A DNA stretch of 64,000 nucleotides from Candidatus Poribacteria bacterium (GTDB taxonomy: Bacteria > Poribacteria > WGA-4E > WGA-3G), in the NCBI GenBank assembly GCA_964291315.2, contig OZ219753.1:1632001-1696000 (forward strand), written 5' to 3'. The notes under the pieces were generated by a model. That model worked only from the letters and a program-made list of their open reading frames with translations. It made no database searches and had not been told where the DNA came from. Of the stretch, positions 58,944 through 64,000 are shown in pieces. Made by a program: the position numbers and the translations under genes. Position 1 is the first letter of the stretch. The number at the start of each line of letters is the position of its first letter.

Positions 58944-61916
58944 ATGCCAAACCAACGGGAAACAACAATCACAAATGAACTCGTCAATATTCTGCGCACT
59001 ATGCGCCACGCATGGGAGATTGAAACAGAAGTCAACGCCTTCATCAAAGGGAATAGCGAACTGGATGCCCTCGTGATCGAACGCGGCAGAGAACCTATCG
59101 GTATAGAAGCCAAATTCGCTACCACCACCAACGCCAAAAATCTCATTGAACAAGCCAAAACAAGACTCGTTTATGTACTTGAGATAGAATATCAGGCCTC
59201 TGGAAAAACGCTCAGCAATGTGATGGCAATCCTGTATCCCGACCGTTTTAAGAGAATGCGGGGAAGCGACATCAGCTCCGAACTCTCTAAGGCCGCCGAT
59301 CTACAATACAAACTCGTCAGTGCACTCGGAGATACAATCGGACACTTCCCAGGAAAAGGATGGGTAACCGGCGGAATCGGAGATATTGCCAACGCTTTGC
59401 ATGTAGGGGCCATCCCGAATTCACGACTTGAACAAGCCGCAGAAAACATGGAGCATAGCATTGACGGGGCGGCGCATCTACTCGAAGACGCGATCGTTGA
59501 TCACCGTGCGATTGGCACTCAGATTGAGGCGATTCTTCACCAAGAGGTTTTTTCCAGAGACAAGGAGACTGCAGAAGAAAAACTCAATATACAGACGCTA
59601 CGGATGGCGGCGCTGATTATAACGGATGCGTTTGTGTTTCAGAGCTCGCTGGCCGGCAAAGCGGAGATGGAATCGGTGCGATCCCTTCGTCAACTTCTGC
59701 CTACAATTGACTACGCGGATGTGATTGCCGACTGGGGTGCTATTCTCAAGGTCAACTATCGCCCTATTTTTGAGGACGCGTGTCAGCTGGTTAAGGCGTT
59801 GGCCACGGATGATAAGTTGGTCAAACCCATTTTAGCGCTGCTCTGTGAGGCGGCGAGAGATCTTGTGGATACCGGCATCGCCCAGATTCACGAGCTGGCG
59901 GGGATAGTCTTTCAAAAACTAATCACCGATAGGAAATATGTTAGGGCAAACTACACGCTGCCGGGAAGTGCGGTGTTCTTGTCAACCCTCGTGCTGCCGA
60001 AGCTACCCAAGAATAGGCTCCCGAAAGTCGCGGACTTCGCTTGCGGAACAGGGGCACTTCTCAACGGTGTATATCAACGTATTTTGTCTCTTTATGAGCA
60101 ATCAGGCGGAAACGGCAGAGACATTCACCAACAAATGCTGGAACAAAACATCGCCGGAGTAGACATTATGCCGAACGCCACGCATCTCACAGCCGCATCT
60201 CTTGCAAGTACAAACCCTGACATAAAAATTGGCGGCACACGAATCCTGACCGCTCCACATGGGCGCCAGAATGACGGGGCTTATGCGGTTGGTTCACTTG
60301 AACTACTTGACGATGTATCATTACTTGATACCGAGGCAGAACAACTCGGAGGCGAGGAAAACACAGTCGTTAAACTCCAACGCGCCTTTCAGCACGGCGA
60401 ATTTGATATCGTCATCCAAAATCCACCCTTCATGAAGCATAGTGCCGACACAAATACTGGCGTTCCGAAGGTAGTGTTCCAAGGCAGTGACCGTTCAGAG
60501 CAAGAAACAAAAGCATTGCAAGCTGCACTCAAAGCAAAAAATACGCGTGTTGCCCACGGGATTGCCGGACACGGATCTCAATTCGTTGACCTCGCCGATA
60601 GAAAGCTCAAGCCTGACGGCATTATGGGCGTTATCCTCCCCGCAACAATACTTACATCAACATCAATGCAAAAGGTCCGTGATATGTGGGCAACGGAATA
60701 CCGCAACGTATCCATAATAACTATTGCACGCGCTAACGTCGACGAGTGTGCATTCTCAGCAGATACTAACATGGCAGAATGCATAATAGTCGCCACAAAA
60801 GGTGCCGGGGATAACACCGGACATGCAAAATTTGTATCGTTGACTCAACGTCCTCAGAGCGCTCTGGAATCCATGGAAATTGCGAACGCAATTACCCGAG
60901 GCGACAGTGAAGATGATATTGAAGTAGGCGAGGAACAAGTCGGTAAAATAGTGAAATTTCCTATAACTGTCGGACAAGCCTGGACAGCAGCACGTATTAG
61001 ATCGTTGGAACTTTTCAGAACTGGACATAAACTCGCAAGCTCTCTGCTCTCTTTACCAAAGCACAATACCTCAATTTCAATCCCCATAGCACGCGTAGAA
61101 GACGTGGCTCAGGTCGGACACACCGAACCTACTATCAAGGGCAAAAAAGGGGCGTTCACCCTGGTTAAAGGGTATGAAGAAAATAGCGACGGCTATCCTG
61201 CTTTGTGGACAGCGAATTGCCAGCACCAACGTTCAATAGCCGCTTTACCTGATTCACGCGCCAAGATGCGCCCGAACGCAGAAATCAAAGCACAAGATAT
61301 TTTAGAACGCAACAGCCGCGTCCATTACTATCTAGTCCCAACATTTAGCGCAACTTCCGCCATAGCATCATTTACTGAAGATCCTAGTATTGGCGCATGT
61401 AAACTTACGAATGTAAGGTTTGATAATCCACGCCGGGAAATAGCATGGACACTTTGGTGTAACTCAACGTTCGGGTTACTCTGCCATTGGATGCAGGGAA
61501 GTAAACAACAACAGGGACGCGGAAACCTGACCCATACAATGTTAAAAAACATGCCCACCTTAGATGTCCGTCAACTCTCTGAAGAAAGATTAGTGAACGC
61601 CGAAGCACTTTTTGAACGCTTAAAGTATAAACGGATGCTGCCGCTCAACGAATGCGCCCAGGACCCTGTCCGCCGGGCGTTAGATACCGGGCTGCTAACC
61701 GAAGTGCTCGGTATCGAGGATAGTGGCGTTCTCGCCGCGATGCAGACGCTGCGCGAGATGCTCTGTGCGGAACCCAGCATCCACGGCGGGAAGAAATCTA
61801 AATGCAATCTTGATGCGGAGCTGGCAAAACTTAAGTTGAAAGGCACCCCTTTTCCGAGTTGGTACCTTCTTGAAGAACAAAAACGCCATCACCACCCGCA
61901 GCTATCCGCTATCTAA
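58944..61916 (+). CDS. fused restriction-modification enzyme (type IIG-like)
   Basis: N-terminal LDALV...IGIEAK (PD-(D/E)xK-like), DFACGTG motif I, QNPPF motif IV, C-terminal TRD-like region. Confidence 0.8.
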   Translation: MPNQRETTITNELVNILRTMRHAWEIETEVNAFIKGNSELDALVIERGREPIGIEAKFATTTNAKNLIEQAKTRLVYVLEIEYQASGKTLSNVMAILYPDRFKRMRGSDISSELSKAADLQYKLVSALGDTIGHFPGKGWVTGGIGDIANALHVGAIPNSRLEQAAENMEHSIDGAAHLLEDAIVDHRAIGTQIEAILHQEVFSRDKETAEEKLNIQTLRMAALIITDAFVFQSSLAGKAEMESVRSLRQLLPTIDYADVIADWGAILKVNYRPIFEDACQLVKALATDDKLVKPILALLCEAARDLVDTGIAQIHELAGIVFQKLITDRKYVRANYTLPGSAVFLSTLVLPKLPKNRLPKVADFACGTGALLNGVYQRILSLYEQSGGNGRDIHQQMLEQNIAGVDIMPNATHLTAASLASTNPDIKIGGTRILTAPHGRQNDGAYAVGSLELLDDVSLLDTEAEQLGGEENTVVKLQRAFQHGEFDIVIQNPPFMKHSADTNTGVPKVVFQGSDRSEQETKALQAALKAKNTRVAHGIAGHGSQFVDLADRKLKPDGIMGVILPATILTSTSMQKVRDMWATEYRNVSIITIARANVDECAFSADTNMAECIIVATKGAGDNTGHAKFVSLTQRPQSALESMEIANAITRGDSEDDIEVGEEQVGKIVKFPITVGQAWTAARIRSLELFRTGHKLASSLLSLPKHNTSISIPIARVEDVAQVGHTEPTIKGKKGAFTLVKGYEENSDGYPALWTANCQHQRSIAALPDSRAKMRPNAEIKAQDILERNSRVHYYLVPTFSATSAIASFTEDPSIGACKLTNVRFDNPRREIAWTLWCNSTFGLLCHWMQGSKQQQGRGNLTHTMLKNMPTLDVRQLSEERLVNAEALFERLKYKRMLPLNECAQDPVRRALDTGLLTEVLGIEDSGVLAAMQTLREMLCAEPSIHGGKKSKCNLDAELAKLKLKGTPFPSWYLLEEQKRHHHPQLSAI

Positions 61917-62779
61917 TCGAATTCGGAGACAGGAAGCACTTCACGTTCCACTGGGTGAACCTTGTCAGGGTAGGTCCGACCGCGGATCCACATGACGGGT
62001 TGGCGCTTGCTGCTATGCTGCGCCTCGGGGCGCGTCCACTCCGCTTTGGCGCTGAGATAGTGAATGACATAACTGCGTCGGAATCGCAGACTGTGGTTGT
62101 TTGTGCTCTTATGCAAGAGATGGCTATGGAACCAGATCACCGCCCCTGGAGGCACCTCTACTGCAACGCCCTCTTCATCGCGCACACCCCGTGCTAGCTT
62201 GAATTCCTGTTGTTGCGAACCTTCAAGATCGTCGTGCTCAACGATATCCCATTTGTGGCTGCCGGGGATAACGTAGAGACAGCCGTTCTCCCGATCTGCC
62301 GGGTCAATAGCTGTCCACGTTCCGACGGTTGTATCGGTTTTAAACCGGTTGCGGAAGTAGAACTTGTCCTGATGCCACGGAAAACCGAGACCAATCTTCG
62401 GTGCCTTCCAGATAAATAGGTTGTTGATACCGAGGAGGTCTGGACCGAGGATATCAACGAGAGGGTCAGTTAAACGCGGATCACGCGTGCGCGCGAGGAA
62501 TTCTGGACAGTAACAACTCGGATGATGGATTTTGTGCATCGCATAGATGCCTTGCTCTTCTATTTTTCCGTCTTTGACGAGAGCGTTCTGATCTACGTTT
62601 GTAGACGGGAACGGGCGTTTCTTGTCTACAACGTCTTCAGCAACTTGACGGAGGGCATCGTTTTCCTCAGGGGTGAATACGTTCAGACGGACGAGGTAAC
62701 CGTTCGTCTGCCAACACGCTAATTCGTCCACACTTAACGCAAAACGTCTCTCTTGTGATATTGATGATTCTATGGCCAT
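61913..62779 (-). CDS. phytanoyl-CoA dioxygenase (PhyH) family protein
   Basis: PWHQD, NGCL.VIPGSHK, LLHKS..N.S..FRR. Confidence 0.9.
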   Translation of the reverse strand: MAIESSISQERRFALSVDELACWQTNGYLVRLNVFTPEENDALRQVAEDVVDKKRPFPSTNVDQNALVKDGKIEEQGIYAMHKIHHPSCYCPEFLARTRDPRLTDPLVDILGPDLLGINNLFIWKAPKIGLGFPWHQDKFYFRNRFKTDTTVGTWTAIDPADRENGCLYVIPGSHKWDIVEHDDLEGSQQQEFKLARGVRDEEGVAVEVPPGAVIWFHSHLLHKSTNNHSLRFRRSYVIHYLSAKAEWTRPEAQHSSKRQPVMWIRGRTYPDKVHPVEREVLPVSEFD

Positions 62780-62816
62780 CGCTGTCTCCTATTGCGGTCG
62801 ATTCTACACTGTCTAT

Positions 62817-64000
62817 TTATTTGGCATAAAACGCTCTATTTAAGGCTTGATCTTCCGCACTAACCCCAAAATCTGCATCCTCTATCTCGGAGAGATTAAC
62901 ATATAGCTGGTTTTTATCCAGAAGTTCTGCCAATAGATGCTTCTGTTTCTGTACGTCCCTGATAGCCTTGAAGTCGTTTATCGCCTCTTGGGGCACTTCG
63001 GCGTTGACATACCAGTTCAGAAATGAGTTTTCAGCGATCTCTCGCCAGAGGGCGATCAGTTCTTCAGAGGTTCGTGCGGCTTGGATTTTGTCCATATAGC
63101 TTTGGTTATATGGCATTAGCTCACAGTAGATGAAATCACCCCCTCCTTGCCACTTGACCGATTTAGAGATGCCGCCTTGTTCCCCGGCAATGACACTGCT
63201 GAGTCGCGGCAGGGTCACCTCAGTAATATAATCCATCTGCTCGACTGCAATCCATCTGCGATTAATCTTATGTGCTACTGCAGCAGTAGTACCTGCCCCT
63301 GCGAAAAAATCAAGAATGATATCACCTTCTTCTGTGAGCCATTCTATAATACGTTTCAGAATTTCCTCGTTCTTTTCATGTGCAAATGTTGATTGATTTC
63401 CGGCAGCACTGATATCTGTCCAATTTTCGCTTAGCAAGATAGTGTTAGTTGCCGGAATGTAGTGCTCGGGTTTCCCTTTTTTACTAAGTCTTACCAGTTC
63501 AAAATCTGAACGGTTCAAGATACTATTCGCTTGAACATAGCGGTTGTAATAGACATCTATATCGGCATCGGTGATGTCAGTTTCGTCAATTCCATGTGCT
63601 TTAATATAACGGGTAAGGGTTCTATAATTTTCGACAGCGTCGTAAGTTCTTTGCTTTTTCCATCGCCATTGCCCGTTTTCGGGCGTTATGCCAAAGAGCT
63701 CAAACCTCAGTGTCGGTCTGTCGGTGCCGCGATGGTGATTATTCCATGTGCTTTCACCGGGCCCTTTCAATGTTTTAAAGAGATTCGGGACTTTGATTTT
63801 GCTATCTTTGCTGTAGAATAAGATTGTATCGTATCCTGCGTTCAATTTATCAACGGAATCAAACTGCTTCTGAAGGTTTTTTTGCCCTTTTTTTACAATA
63901 ATTCCATTCCGAAAATTATTATCAAATACCTCATCGCAGAGACACTTCAAATAAGCCAATTCGCGATTGTCTATTTGAATAAAAATAAAGCCATCTTTTC
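62817..64000 (-). CDS. site-specific DNA methyltransferase (type III Mod-like), 5' end outside window
   Basis: GFIFIQIDNRELAYLKCLCDEVF, KNEEILKRII, LDFFAGAGTT, WQGGGDFIYCEL. Confidence 0.85.
   Translation of the reverse strand, partial: KDGFIFIQIDNRELAYLKCLCDEVFDNNFRNGIIVKKGQKNLQKQFDSVDKLNAGYDTILFYSKDSKIKVPNLFKTLKGPGESTWNNHHRGTDRPTLRFELFGITPENGQWRWKKQRTYDAVENYRTLTRYIKAHGIDETDITDADIDVYYNRYVQANSILNRSDFELVRLSKKGKPEHYIPATNTILLSENWTDISAAGNQSTFAHEKNEEILKRIIEWLTEEGDIILDFFAGAGTTAAVAHKINRRWIAVEQMDYITEVTLPRLSSVIAGEQGGISKSVKWQGGGDFIYCELMPYNQSYMDKIQAARTSEELIALWREIAENSFLNWYVNAEVPQEAINDFKAIRDVQKQKHLLAELLDKNQLYVNLSEIEDADFGVSAEDQALNRAFYAK

Overview
Bacterial chromosomal window of about 50% GC, gene-dense, with no rRNA, tRNA or CRISPR array seen. 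The gene families (PhyH dioxygenase, WD40 and TPR proteins, many restriction-modification genes, expanded lineage-specific membrane proteins) resemble Candidatus Poribacteria or other sponge symbionts, but that is inference. About 43 kb is mixed housekeeping and envelope genes, including HU, an HddA-like kinase, MoxR, Ugd, IscS, a MacAB-like exporter, DegT, an ElbD-like FAR-A-ACP-PlsC enzyme and an O-antigen ligase. Five separate DNA-methylase/restriction loci are present; one is split by a +1 frameshift at a G8 tract. The standout is a 12.7-kb array (43.1-55.9 kb) of nine paralogous single-pass membrane proteins of unknown function. It is driven by three identical sigma-54 promoters, each with 2, 4 or 3 palindromic boxes phased exactly 21 bp apart, and it surrounds a sensor-less (PspF-like) enhancer-binding protein. 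A repeated cargo slot in the array has three states: an intact small secreted protein; the same gene interrupted by a 1,149-bp TTCGGA-flanked, transposase-free insert carrying a His-x-His protein and a T4-type lysozyme that lacks an ATG start; or a secreted WD40 protein in its place.
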